From: Asterias rubens
Taxonomy: Eukaryota
NCBI RefSeq assembly: GCF_902459465.1
Contig: NC_047066.1
Location: 6,634,001-6,698,000, forward strand
Length of the DNA: 64,000 nucleotides
Reading direction: 5' to 3'
Shown here piece by piece: positions 24,670 to 38,540 of this stretch (the stretch's first letter is position 1; every line of letters starts with the position of its first letter). The notes beneath the pieces were generated by a model. That model was not told the DNA's origin, did not search any database, and saw nothing but the letters and a program-made list of their open reading frames with translations. Position numbers and translations under genes: made by a program.

Positions 24670-27600
24670 TTATTCCTGGGATGGAGCGATCCCACCCAGC
24701 AGACCCTGGGCAGTATTGAACAGGTTGATGGGGGAGTGGCCATCTGTGATCAGGGTAGACTTCAATCCAAGTCCCTGCAGGAGTTTCACCTACGGAAAAG
24801 GAAACAGAGCATCAACTTATTACTAAAATAATCTGGGAAGCTACAATTATCAGATTTAAATTCAGGGCTAAAAGCTTTGCAACTACCAGAAGAAAAAAAG
24901 GTGCAATTTTGAATTCTTTTGGGGAAAAATGGATTTAACTATTGGTTTTTTTCAAAGCCTTCGCTCGGGCCCTTCACTTTTTGTGCTTAAACAGCTTTAT
25001 GAAATTGGACCCCAGGCCCAATTGTATACAAAAAAGTAGCCAAGCATCACACAACATGCTTACCGGAATTAGATTACCAACAAAAATACCATGTTATAAG
25101 AACTATTTCTAATTTGGAATCCTGCATGATGCTTACCAAAATAAGGTTGCCATTCAAAATACCATATTCCATGTACAACTATGCCCGATATCGTGCCCAT
25201 TTCTGCTAAGCACAAACTTGTTAAGCAACATTTACTGCTTGAGCAGTGCCCTGATCTTTACAGAGCGAGTGTTGAAATGATATCTGCAGAAACCTACCTG
25301 CATCTCTGGGCCTGACACAGCGATGGCCTTGATGGTATCCGAGCCGATGGACTCAACCATCTTGTTGAACTTGGAGGTTTCGATCTCGGACATCTGCCCA
25401 GCCTTGTTCACCTCCATCTCGTTCTGTTCAGTGATGTACTTCAGCTCAGCCTCCCGGGCGTTGGTGAGACGGTCCAGCTCAGATTCCTGGATGAGAAGAA
25501 AGATGTGTAGAGAGGAAATTTAAACAAGGGCCATTGATAAAATTTGGTTAACTTCAAATATTTGAAACTATGGGAGACTTTGGACCGCTAAGTGACAGCA
25601 GACTTATCAGGTATAAATGTCCATTGTTCTGAGCATGCGTACATAACCAAGAACAATGGATTTACCATTAGACTGCTGCCACCTTGCGATCCGAAACTTC
25701 CCAAATGGACGTCAACTTTGTGATGAACAGGATGTTTTTACAGAGTGGTTTATATATTCTTTTCTCTCTATGCTGTTTACTAGTTTACATATTAGGTTTT
25801 TTTTTACAATCTTGTTTACCCTGTGTTGTTTTTTTTCCTTTAACCCTGTCTCACTTTACTTTTAACCCCTTTTAATACATTTTTGAATTTTTTTATTCTG
25901 AAATGTTTTTTCTTTTTTCGAGAAGAAGATTTCAGGCACAGAAGTTTAATCAGGTAAATTTAATAACTTGAGGTGAATATAAAAACAAGCTTAAAGTTTT
26001 TGTGTAAATCATCATTTTGTATTATACCGGGACATAAAATATGTGAAATGGAAATATATGTTGTTAAATTGACAAATCAGGAAATAACTCACAGCTTCAA
26101 TCTTAGCAGCCTCAGCCTTCAGCTTTGCCTGCTCAACGGCAGCTTCTCCCTCAATGCGTGCAGCCTCGGCACGGCTCTGGGCTTCGGCTTTAGCTTGACC
26201 GGTACTCTCTACGGCTGCGCTGTTGGCCTGGAGGAGGAGCAGCTCCTTACGAGCCTTCTCGGCCTCCGCCTCGTCCATGATCTTCTGACGCTCAAGACGA
26301 CCCTTTGCCTCCTGCTCAAGACGCTCGGCCTCATGTCTGTCATGAACAACATTAACGAACATGTCAAATTGGATTTCTGCCTGGTGTTGTCAATGTCATT
26401 TTCTGTTTGTAATGTTAGTTTTTAATGGACCACTGTCAAAGCCTTCTATGCAACCTAATCGGTACACACATGTTATGCATGGAATGAGGTGCATGCTGGT
26501 CTAGCCAGATTGACCGCTAGCTAGAGCAGCATGCACCTCATTCAACAGTTAAAGTTAAACCTTGCTTTAAAGGGTGGCTGCAGTGTTTTTTTTTAATAAT
26601 TTAAACGATTAAACATGACTTTCTAAACCTGAATTTGTTTATTTTATTTTGTATTAAATGCACAAGTATTTTAAAAATGGTTTTCAAGAGATTAGGGGAA
26701 CCCACCCCGCCCCTAAAATGGGCATAAACGTGGCGTCATGTCGGGAACCTGAGCTGTCGGGCCCCCTGGCTGTGTGCATATAGAGACGTGTGCACTGTGT
26801 GACCTGGTACCTAGGCGCGTGTAGTTAGGGACCAGACTCTTTTTGCCGACGATATGTTTAAATTCCTGACATGACGTCGATGGTAGGGGGGGGGTAACAA
26901 TCCACAAAAGGGGGGTATGACTTATTCGCTAGTTACGCAAGTGAGATATGTCGGGAAAAAAACAAAACACATTAATTTATTGAGGTTCAATACATATATC
27001 AGAAATAAATGACAGCAAAATTAACTGTTTTATTTTAATTCACCCTGCATCCCTTTAAGGAAACTTTGTCAAATTGTCTCCCCATATTTACCTGGCCGTA
27101 GCTTCCTGCGAGTTGGTCGTAATCTCAATAGCCAGCTGAACAGACTTCTGAAGCGCATCTCGTGTGCGCTGGTCGACTGGCTCCACTGACTGGATGTCAA
27201 TGCTGGTGATGACCATGTTGTTCTGGGGGAAGTGGAACCGATCCCGTATCTTCAGGTTCTCGTCCATTCCAAAGACGGAGGCACGGATGATTTTTGCAGA
27301 GTTCTGTGGAAGAATTAAAGGGGGGGGGGGGAAATAATAGTAATTTGTTTAAATTCAACACAATTTACAATAGCAAAATGCCTAGGGGCCAATTTTTATA
27401 AAACAGCTTAAGCAATAAGTTATTGCTTTACAATTGTCTGCTATTAAGCAGTAATTCTCAGGATACCAGTCTTACATTGCACATTATGACATGGTAGTCT
27501 AACTGGTAACCTTGTTCTGGTAAGCATAACTTTGTTGTGCATAGGCAGCTCTAAAAAAAAAAATGACCCTGGTCACTAATCTTTCTCAGCTCCCTGAAAA

Positions 27601-30600
27601 TATCAAACTCTACCCTCGTAGGTACCTATTTAGACTCCTGGGTGAAGAGAAGCAACTACAGAAAAGCATCTTGTTCAAAAACAAAAGTGTTGGGCATTAT
27701 AGACAAGACACTAACCCATTATTGCTACATCCTTAGGGATTTGATGTAAAGCCATTGGACCTATGTGCGTGCTGTCAGTACCCAGTTCACATTTTGTTAA
27801 AGAAAAGGGGTTTGCCCCAGTGTTTCTGGCTTACTTGGCTGCGTTAAATTTGTGCCAAGCTCCTTGTAAAGATGGCAAATATATCGGTCTTATAATAAAC
27901 ATAACAAACGTTTTGAGATGCCCTGCCAGGCCAGGAATTTCATCTTTGAGAGGGCAAAGCCATTTTCATTTTGCAAAGGGCACATCCATTGGAAAATGTT
28001 TAAGTCAAGAAATTTTTAAAGGGGCACCATGGCCAAGACCTGGGCAACTGTGGGCCATGGCCTAGCTCTGTGGCCTCTGTGAAATTCGAGACCTGCCCTG
28101 TGGTGCCAACAGCGCTTTATACCAACTGCATACGGTTATTATTATTATTTCGTCTCTTACCTTATGGAAATCATCAAAGGCAACTCCAGCCACAGCCCCT
28201 CTGATGCGTGAGGCGATTGCCTTGCAGGCATCACCGATGAAGTCAGGCACACTGAAGAGTTTAGCAGCATCTTCCGGAGGGCTTTCCTTCTTAACATCAA
28301 GATGCCTGGAAAACAAGAAAATATTTGAGGGCCGTTTTTGATGGCAGTCGTTTTTTTCAAAGTGCAATGAATTTTTTTTTTAAATGAATGCCTAGAATTC
28401 AACATGGTCCACTTTTGTTGTTTTTGATGCACCAGCATGAAAACGATTTACATTTAGCATCGACAACTGACTATTTTCTGGAAGGTTATGAAAGGTCACT
28501 ACTTTTAGCCTCGTACAAAAACTTTATTTTTCCTTTTTATTTCATTGCAATTGCGATGACTTTAGTAAAACGCAAAAACAGTGGCTTGGGACCTCCCTCA
28601 TCGCAAGTGTGATAGCAATGATGAAGTGAAACCAGCCCCTGGGCTCGATTTCACAAAGCAATAAAATCCATCATAAGAAAAATTTTCAGTATCACCATAG
28701 TAATTTGCATTGTGACATCACACTTAACTAAGCAACTACGACTGATTTGCAGTAACGATCAATTTTAGCTCTTTGTGAAATCGGGCCCAGGTCTACTCAT
28801 CTTGTAAAATACTTTTAACTGAACACTCCATCAAGCTCAAGTATACCATGCAATTAGAAAGTTCAAAAATAAGAACTTTCAGAACAGAATATGAAAAAAC
28901 CTACCAGTTGTATGACAGCTGAAGTTGAAGGCGGGCGTGGTCAGATGTCTCGATAGTGATGATATCGGTGCAGAAATCAGGGCCGAGGAGAAGGCACAGT
29001 GACCTGATCATGTTGGGGCGTTTGGGCTTCCCTCCGGACAGACTCAACTGGGTGAACTGCTCATCGGGGCCGAGCATGACTAACTCGGGACCAAACACAA
29101 CCCTGAAAAGAGCCAAGGAACAAGAAACATTACTAGTCTATGGTAAAAGTGAGCAAAACAATTAGATCTGTATGTGGGGGTGTTTAAACAGTTGATAATG
29201 ACCAGCTTGAGTTGTTTATAACTGGTTGTTATCAAATACGTTTGTGCAGGTTAGCCCACAACCTTGTTTCCATGGGTGATCAATCTCGCCTTGCTATTTT
29301 AGCCCATGATTACGAGGATGCATACTATGCGCACAAATGCATATCTGAAAACTGTCTCAGTCATAAAAATGCAACACACGAACAGAGCTCAAGGACGTCG
29401 GAAAACGGATAATCTTTACAGAGTTTCTTACTTCATAACGCCGTTTAATCAAAAGCGCATTTATGAATGGGAATAAAAGAGAAGTGATTCGTTCTTAAAC
29501 TGCCGTTTAAAACCTTGCGATATCACACGGCCATGACCATGCCGGTTTCAAACGGCAGTCACTACCCTTTTATTCCCTTAATTTTGCTTATGATAAAAAA
29601 AATCCCCCTACCTTGCTTTCTTCTCCTTGTAGTCATAGATCTGCATGGCAGCGTTGTGAGGAACACGGAATGTAACAACCCTAGTCTTCTCTCTCCGTTT
29701 TTCACGTTTACCATCTGGCGCCAGGTATGCACGGTCCGCCAAAGGGTCCTTCATGTTCATCAGGAGTTCCTCCACTGCGGGAGGAAGCTCCTTCTGCCAG
29801 AGCTCCTCATCTTGGTTTAGCATGTAGGTCTCACCTGTGATGGCTCGCACCTTTTGGAAGAGAAAAACTTGTCATAAAAGAGATTAACTGATGTCCCAAA
29901 TAAACGGTAAGCAGAAATTTGCTAAGCAGTTGTTTTAAGTTTGAATAAATAATTTCCTCCATGGAAAAGAAAAAACAAAACTAAAAATAGCTGTATTTTC
30001 TTCTTAAAAGCTTTATGAAATAGGACCCCGTAAAAAAAAAAATGATTTCTTACCTTACCCGTCTTGGTATCTCGGACATAGATACCTTCATTCTCATCCA
30101 GCGGGATGGCAGACCTCTTGGTAACCACCTCCACCTCTACTGGAGGGACGTACTCCTTGGGCCCACGGATCATCCACTTGTCACCTGGCTTACGGTCGAT
30201 ATCCTGTTGTACGCAAACAAATAATGTTAAGAGTTTATCCTAAGAAGGACTTTACAAAAGGGTGGCGCGTCTTCTAGAATAAGGGTCATTTTGTGTCAAA
30301 TCATCCGATGGGTTAAACCCTACCCTCTTCAAATTTATTCAAATTTGGTTTATGGGGTAATTGCGGCTCAACAAGCTCAAATTTCAAATGCAATATTTTC
30401 TGCTTGAAAAAAAAACAAATGAACTGAAACACCATGGGTTTTTTTCAAAACCAAAGAAAAACATGAATTGAAATGTCATTTTGTTTTCTTCAACTTACTG
30501 CATCTGTGTCCTTGAAGGCCTCTTGGGAGCGAAGCATAAGACCCTCATCCTCTCCCAAGACGTACACATCCTGAATTCCCTTCTCAAGATGCTCCCCCGG

Positions 30601-33600
30601 AAGCAGGAAGAAAGACTTCTCACCCTGTAGTTAAGAGGGGAGAGAGGGGGGAATCGTCCAGTATAAGATAAGACTTAAAGGCACTGGACACTATTGGTTA
30701 TTACTCAAAATAATCGTTAGCATACAAACTGACTCGGTAAAGAGGAATGGAGAGCTGTTGATGGTATAACAAATTGTGAGAAATGGCTCCCTGTGAAGTA
30801 ATGTAGTTTTTGTACATAGCTCTACTGTTGGTTGTCCCCCTATTATGAAAATATCTTCAGTGGCGAGTCGTGGCCAAGCGAATAAGAGCACTGTACTCAA
30901 GCTCAGGTTTTCTGTTCAGCTGAGTGTGGGTTTGAGAGTCTTAACGCTTGTGTCTTTTATTAGCCAGACACTTAACCATTATTGCTGCGTTCTTCTGGTC
31001 CTGTGTGTTGTGTAATGCATGTAAAAGAACCCAGTGCACTTATCGCAAAGAGAAGGGGTTCGCCCTAGTGTTCCATGTCGGATCAATTGCACATTGCGCA
31101 ACATGGTGCTATAAAGGAACAGTTCTCTTTGCAGGAAATAATACTGAGTAGTTTGATACGCCCCTAAGGGTGTGATAAAACGCTTTAATATAAAAAACGA
31201 GTATTATTATCAATAGTACCTTGACCAGTTTCTTCTGTCCCAGCTGTGGTTTGCCGTCAGCTCCTACTGGATCCAGGATCACACAATACTGTCTGTTGGT
31301 CAATGTAGTGATGGCAACAACACCAACAACCTGCAAATCAGACACAGGGATTTAATCAAATGCTTAAAACATGGATAAGGTTTGTCGAAAGTGAACATTC
31401 CTTAAAATACACTGTTGGGCTGGGTTCAGGAAAATTTAAAGACCTAAGGAAGTTTACAAAAATTCCTGAATTCCGAAAATCACATGCCTATTTAAAAAGG
31501 CCAACACCTAACTGGTTTTGTGCATCTATACCATAGGTGATTTTGGTTGGTAAGAGTCTGTTTTCTAAAGTTATCAAGTTATCAAACAAGGACATGTTTT
31601 TATTTTGGTTCAAATTTCTTTTACAACAAATAATTTTATTAAAGTAAACTCCATTAAGTCAAAATCTACAAATGATTCTTTCTCAGAAAATCAAATTTCC
31701 CAAATATATTTTTCAAAACTCAAACAAAGAGAAATACCACAGAAACAGGTGGATTTCTTTTCACACCAAAAACATTCCATATGATTGTTTTTTATTGTCT
31801 GTATTTTTGTGGCTGTTTTTATGTCTAGGAAAACAATTTTCATGATTCATGATGAATAAATAAATCCAATCTAATCTAATCTTATTCCAATGATTGACAA
31901 TGACAATTTCTCTTTTTACCTCTTCATAAACCTGTGGAATATGTGCCTCCGTGTCGTTCATTGTAATCAGCCATTCCTCACCGTTCTTCCTGACCACACC
32001 CTGCTCATCCTTGAAGGTGCGAGTGGCTCTGACGTGGAGTGCTTTCTGTTGATAAAGTCACATTGAAAAAAAAAACATGAGTTCAACAATCCCACAAAAG
32101 AGCAACTTTCATTATTCTACCCAAACTTTCGGCAAGAATATTCAAAAACAAGCAAAAGTGTTTGGTAAAGACATTTTTAAGTTTCGTTCAAAAGTGTCAT
32201 TAGCATTGGATTTGTAATTTGAACTGATGTGAAGTGGTTTGGGACTTCAGCAATAAACTAGCCAGCCTGAACAGCCGGACAGAATTCTGATTGGTCGTCA
32301 TTTATTTTAACTGGCATTTGGCCAGCAGACCACTGTGAAGGGAGAACCAACACTGCAGCTATTAATAAAAGAATACATAAGGGAAACTAGACTTTCGTCC
32401 AATCATTACACCCAGCCAAGAAGTGGTACATTCTTTTTATAAATTGACTCTTGAGTTAAAATACATTACTACACCGCATATATATTCATGACCGAGAGTC
32501 GAGTTCTCACTGGTCCATTCATCATCATGTGCCAGTTGCTATCTTGACTACTTACCAAACATGCACACGAGTATTCACCCACATATGTGCATCACAAGTA
32601 GCCCAGCCTTCACCTCGGGAACTAGTTTGTCATCTTCCAATACCTCGGGGAGCTAATATCGACTATTCACCCTCAAACCATGTTATACTTGTATAATAGT
32701 GCTCACCTTGTCTGTGAGTACATAAGCATTGACCACGCCCACGACTTCCTCGTACGCTCCGGGGAGGTAAGCGCCGACCTTCTTGACGAGCCACTCCTCA
32801 CCCGTCACCCTCTCCTCGTCCTCTCGATCCACAGTCTCCTTCCTGGCCCGGAGCTTGATGGCCTGGTTGGCCTTGATGATTGTTGCGCGGCAGGTTTCGT
32901 CCACGACAACTTCCTTACGGGGAATGTAAGTTCCGGGTCCTTCAAAGAGCCACTCGTCTCCGGCCACTCGCTTCTCCCCCTCGTCGTCTTCAAAGTCAAG
33001 GATGGAGCGGAGGCGGAGGGCCGAATTGGCAGGCACAACTTTCAGTGGGGACACAGCCTGTTGAAAGAGAAATGTACACATAAGCCATTTTGAGATATGG
33101 TGGACACATTACTATAACACTGTAAGGTTTTCTTCTTAACAAAAATAAGCAGGATACTAGTCAATATTTTGGCTTGTATCAATATTTTGCTAAGCTTAAT
33201 TTTGTTGTGCTTGGTAGTTCTCATCCATTTCAATCATTTCACGTCACCAATTACGCAATCCACCGCCTGACATATTTTGGGGGGCTTGATGACCGACAAG
33301 GACTTTGGGCCATCAGGAGTCTTTGAATAGGGAATTTGGATTCAAGTCACAGGACATCCATCAGTGTGATGTGATTTATGAAAATGTTAAGCCTGAATCT
33401 TTGAAGATTTTGCAGAACAATCAGGGAGGTATTTAGAATTACATTCAACATAATAGGAACAATTTTTCACAAATCAGGGAGATTTTCAAATTTGTTCATC
33501 AGAACATGGATAGATTGATTGGTTCATTTTCAGGGAACTTTCTGCAGAATCAAGGAGAGTTTGGCAGCTCTTGTGATAGCAACTAATGCGCGGGCTCTAC

Positions 33601-35298
33601 CCTGGTGTCTATAGACCCCTTGCAATACGCCCAGCGTACTCACATGAGCCTATCCTGAGTGTCATTTTGGGTGTCAAAATCATATACAAACATGCACAAA
33701 AGAGAGTTGACACCCAAAATTACGCGCACTGTCGGAGGCGCGTTCCTGTATTGTGTAAGAAATTAATAGCTCCCCCTTGCATAACGCGAAGCGCTACAGG
33801 TCACTAAGGTCATGCGCACGTTTTTATGCACAGAGAACAGCTTCTGACCAATGATCTGCCTCCTTTTTGAGAATGTGACGTCATATGCAATGGATCTATC
33901 CTTCAAGCTTCAAATCAGAGGAACTCTGCCACAATTCTCACCTGTTTGAGCATTTCTCCAGGGTAGAGAGGGAACGGGTCCTGAGTAAGGCGAATCTCTT
34001 GATCGGCATGGCTAAGTTTGATCTGTCCGCTCTTATCAACGATCACGGTGCCATCCTCTTTGCGCTGAACAGGGTTCTCGATGATGGCGTAATGGCGGGG
34101 CGGCACCATGACCATCTTCTCAGGTCCATAGATGACTCTAAAAAATGATTGATATGGTGAGTATTAACAACAGTTGGGATAATTTACGAGTCAAAGCAAC
34201 TGTTACCGTGGCAATTAATCAACCAAATTAGCCACCTGCCTGGATTTTTGAATCAGACAACAATAGCATTTTTCTCTTAAGCAGGAAATTTCCATCGGTT
34301 ACATACCGGTATTGGTATTTTGGCTGGTAAATTTTCTGGTGAAGCAAAACTTTTGTAATTAACAAATCAACAAACAAAAACCTAGAATAAGACTTAACAT
34401 CCATTTCTGGTTACTCGTTAACAATTGTGAATTTTGCCCAAGAATTCTCAGTTGAGTTGGCAAATGGGGTCTGTAAAAAATAAGCATCCTTGTCCAAATT
34501 TTAAATTTGCTTCACATTATATTATACAATCAAATCGTATTTATAACAAATTGTTATGGGTATTTTCATATCCCAGAATTTTGTACAAATAAAGATTCAA
34601 AAGATACATCTGAAAATACAGTCTTCGTTCGAGACGTTTTCTCATTGCCGATACATGTAAAACATGCACAGTCTATTTAGAGAGAAGGCTGTTGACACTT
34701 TTCCTTTAACTAGGCTTGGGGGGGGGGCAATCAACAAGACTGCAGAACTTGTAGCTGATAAGTTTTACTAGACCATAATTTTGGTCACAAGCAAGTGCAG
34801 ATTCAAAATGAGAAAAGACATGAAAAGACAAGAATCAAAATTACGATACAGTTTTAATAGAGGCCTAACAAAATTTATCTTAAACAAATATTTTATTTTG
34901 TCAGGGTTACTTAGAACTTGATTCTCAACAGTAGTGAAAGTTTTTATGAGACTCAAATTCAACATTTGTACATAATTTGTAGTGAAAATATTATGTTGAA
35001 AAAAACACTGGACTTGTACAGTGATCCTGAGTTCTGGCCCAGAACTAAAATCACTGGCCTCTGGACTGCGGTCCAGTGTTAATTTCAAGTCCTTGCCCTA
35101 CAGGGGGACGTGATTGTCTCTTTACCTTTCATGATCCTGCCTGATGTAAGTACGAGGGCCAATCTCCACTGTGGTGACGTTTGTGTTGTGATTCAGGACG
35201 TGGATGTAGTAGTAAGGGGGAATCCTGTAGATGGACTCATCAGCCCCTCCTCCTACAAGAGAAGGCGCGGCACTGCCTCGCTTGGACCTGTCAGCCAT
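24670..35298 (-). CDS. MVP: Major vault protein, 859 aa
   Basis: Fourteen phase-consistent exons: 35126-35298, 33942-34137, 32707-33057, 31920-32045, 31220-31330, 30499-30624, 30054-30203, 29612-29850, 28905-29102, 28161-28305, 27092-27303, 26093-26336, 25298-25486, 24670-24789 (2580 nt). Diagnostic motifs [24 protein letters not shown] repeats, the shoulder ([21 protein letters not shown]), the cap helix, and [21 protein letters not shown]. Confidence 0.98.
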
Positions 35299-35513
35299 TG
35301 TGAATAGTCAGCCTAAAAACAGAAAGAGTAACAATAATAAATACATGAATTTTTATAAAGCGCTTTATTTATCCATGGTTAGAATGAGAAGGCGCGACAA
35401 TGCCTCGATTGGACCTGTCAGCCATTGTGAATGGTCAGCCTAAAAACAGAGAGAGTTGAACAATAATTAATACAAATATTTATAAAGCCGCATTTATCCA
35501 ATGGTTAGAATGA
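35259..35513. repeat. Diverged 127-bp tandem duplication covering the MVP splice acceptor and start codon
   Basis: 35259-35385 aligns with 35386-35513. Both copies keep tttttag|gctgac...cacaATGGCTGACAGGTCC on the minus strand. Confidence 0.92.
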
Positions 35514-35565
35514 CATAAGGCAGTAATTCCAGAGAGGAAACATTGTAATTGAACAGGATCCTTAA

Positions 35566-36142
35566 AGTCACCTGGAAGTGGTATTTTTTCAAAATAAAGC
35601 TTTTGTCACTAATATATGTGTTTTGATGAGTGGAATGTGAATAAACAGTTAACTAAGGTTTTAAAAAATCAGTTCTTATGTTATTTACAAATTTAAGAGT
35701 AGACCCGACCCGAGAGGGCGCTGTTCGTGACGTCAATAGAGGCAGACTTTGCCTGTAATGCGTAGAGTAAACACAAATGCAAAGTACATGTACGGACCAA
35801 GTCGTGAGTTTGTACGTTTCAAAAAAAGATTTTTTGGGGTTTTTTCCGGCAATGCCGACCAGGTGTATTGCTGTTGAATGCAGAAAAACACTTTTTGAAA
35901 CGTACAAACTCACGACTTGGACGTACATGTACTTTGCACGTGTGTTTACTATACGCATTGCAGGCAAAGTCTGCCTCGATTGACGTCACAAAAGGGGTAG
36001 GCGGAGTCAGCCCCCCAAACAACTTTATATATTTTTTAAACATATAAATCGTGACAAACAATAATACTAAAAAAATTGTTTTATTGTTCGTAAGCATATA
36101 CTCTTAGTGTTTGAAAGAAAAAAAATCTATTTCCAGGTGACT
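35566..36142. mobile_element. TTAA-flanked element with a long internal inverted repeat
   Basis: ttaa|agtcacctggaa...ttccaggtgact|ttaa, with about 100-bp internal arms at 35728-35828 and 35890-35990. Confidence 0.85.
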
Positions 36143-36782
36143 TTAAAGATGAAAATAGGTATGACCATGGTATGACTTGATTTTAGATTTGAATGAGTAC
36201 GACTGAAGTAGGATGTTGAGAGGTAGCGAGCAGTCTCCAATCTGGGTCAATTAATGGTTTCTTTATGATTTAATGTAAAGTCTAAATTTGATATAAAATT
36301 ACATTCCCCCCCCCCTCCCCACCACCACAAGAAAATGGCTCAAAGATAATTTATAACTAACTGACAAATCTCTATTTATTTTATGTCATGTCATATATGA
36401 AAAAAAGGAATTTAATAATACATTGAGTAAAACTGGAGTGCATTGATGTAACTACATTATTATACATAGAGGCCAGGCTATAAAACAACAGTTACTTAAA
36501 AATACATGAAATTTGAAACTAATATAGTAATATCCTTCCGAGTGACACAAACTTTTAGCAGTGAAAATCTACTACAGGGCAAAATTGTACTTCCTCTTTA
36601 GAAAAAATCAGCTATGATTGAAAAGCCACATTGATGTGAGTCACTGAACCGTACACTGATATTTATCTCTGCTGATTGGGCCAACCCAAGGTCAATGTGG
36701 GTGTAGCTATTGATAAGGTAAACATTTTGCATTTCATGCTGGGAATTGGATTTTCTGTACAACCAACCATGGAGGTAGAATG

Positions 36783-36914
36783 GGAAAAGTTTCCGTATGG
36801 CGCCACCACTTTTTCATTCGATATGAAATAATATAGCATCTAATTTACCTGATTGATATATCCCTTTTTATAAAAATGAGTGAAAAAGTGGTGGCGCCAT
36901 ACGGAAAGTTATCC
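36783..36914. mobile_element. GG...CC MITE with 8-bp TSD (GTAGAATG)
   Basis: gtagaatg|ggaaaagtttccgtatggcgcc...ggcgccatacggaaagttatcc|gtagaatg. Confidence 0.85.
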
Positions 36915-38540
36915 GTAGAATGAACCAACTAAACACAGAACACTGAACAGTGATCTAATGCAAAATGTCATTGCTAGCACAAAGTGAGTTCACAATTACA
37001 GCTTGGGTTGGGATGTGCAAAATGTGCAGCGTCTTAAGGTGCCCAACAAACAACCAAGTTCAGCAACAAGGAGGTCCTTTCTAGAAAAATGTCAGTTACA
37101 CCTATAGGCTATACTACTCCTAGAACTACGGGAGACCATAGCCGGACGAAACCGAAATAGTTCTAGGAGTAAGATACACCCTGCCACTGTTTGTTCATTC
37201 GTCATCGTTGACGTTTCCTATGATGAAACAAATTACTACAGTACTATCATCAACTCAAATGAGATTCCTTTTAGTAAAAAATAGTGAAACTGTGGTGGCT
37301 GGATACTAACAGTTTTCTCCTAAGTAAATAATAGCATTTCTTCAGTCAATACTATGGAAAACTTTGCACGCACCTCCATTGGCATTAGGCCATGCATATA
37401 GTTTTATGGTTTTATAGAGCAAGTTTGCATCGTTTACTGTTTGTTCTATTTTTTTCAATAGTTCAACACAAACTCAACTGAACGCTGAATATTGTGGGAC
37501 CAATATTTTGGCAGATCAGGTTCAAAACATCACAAATGTAGTCATGGCAAGTATATCTTCCCATTCATAATTTCAGTCATATCATTCACAAAACAAAAAT
37601 ACATGACGGATTCAAAGAAACTCACCTTTATCGAAACTCTCGACGACAAGACTGTGAAAATATGCGAGGCGGAAGCCTGAATTTATCCATGCATATATAT
37701 TGATATATCCCTTTTTATAAAAATGAGTGAAAAAGTGGTGGCGCCATACGGAAAGTTATCCGTAGAATGAACCAACTAAACACAGAACACTGAACAGTGA
37801 TCTAATGCAAAATGTCATTGCTAGCACAAAGTGAGTTCACAATTACAGCTTGGGTTGGGATGTGCAAAATGTGCAGCGTCTTAAGGTGCCCAACAAACAA
37901 CCAAGTTCAGCAACAAGGAGGTCCTTTCTAGAAAAATGTCAGTTACACCTATAGGCTATACTACTCCTAGAACTACGGGAGACCATAGCCGGACGAAACC
38001 GAAATAGTTCTAGGAGTAAGATACACCCTGCCACTGTTTGTTCATTCGTCATCGTTGACGTTTCCTATGATGAAACAAATTACTACAGTACTATCATCAA
38101 CTCAAATGAGATTCCTTTTAGTAAAAAATAGTGAAACTGTGGTGGCTGGATACTAACAGTTTTCTCCTAAGTAAATAATAGCATTTCTTCAGTCAATACT
38201 ATGGAAAACTTTGCACGCACCTCCATTGGCATTAGGCCATGCATATAGTTTTATGGTTTTATAGAGCAAGTTTGCATCGTTTACTGTTTGTTCTATTTTT
38301 TTCAATAGTTCAACACAAACTCAACTGAACGCTGAATATTGTGGGACCAATATTTTGGCAGATCAGGTTCAAAACATCACAAATGTAGTCATGGCAAGTA
38401 TATCTTCCCATTCATAATTTCAGTCATATCATTCACAAAACAAAAATACATGACGGATTCAAAGAAACTCACCTTTATCGAAACTCTCGACGACAAGACT
38501 GTGAAAATATGCGAGGCGGAAGCCTGAATTTATCCATGCA
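36852..38540. repeat. 842-bp apparently identical tandem duplication (period 847)
   Basis: 36852-37693 matches 37699-38540 with a tatat spacer. The ORF track reports the same 62-aa ORF at 37492 and 38339. Confidence 0.95.

Noticed and set aside
37492-38527. Duplicated 62-aa ORF as a small gene pair
   Set aside because: No recognisable domain or splice context; the identity simply reflects the 842-bp duplication.
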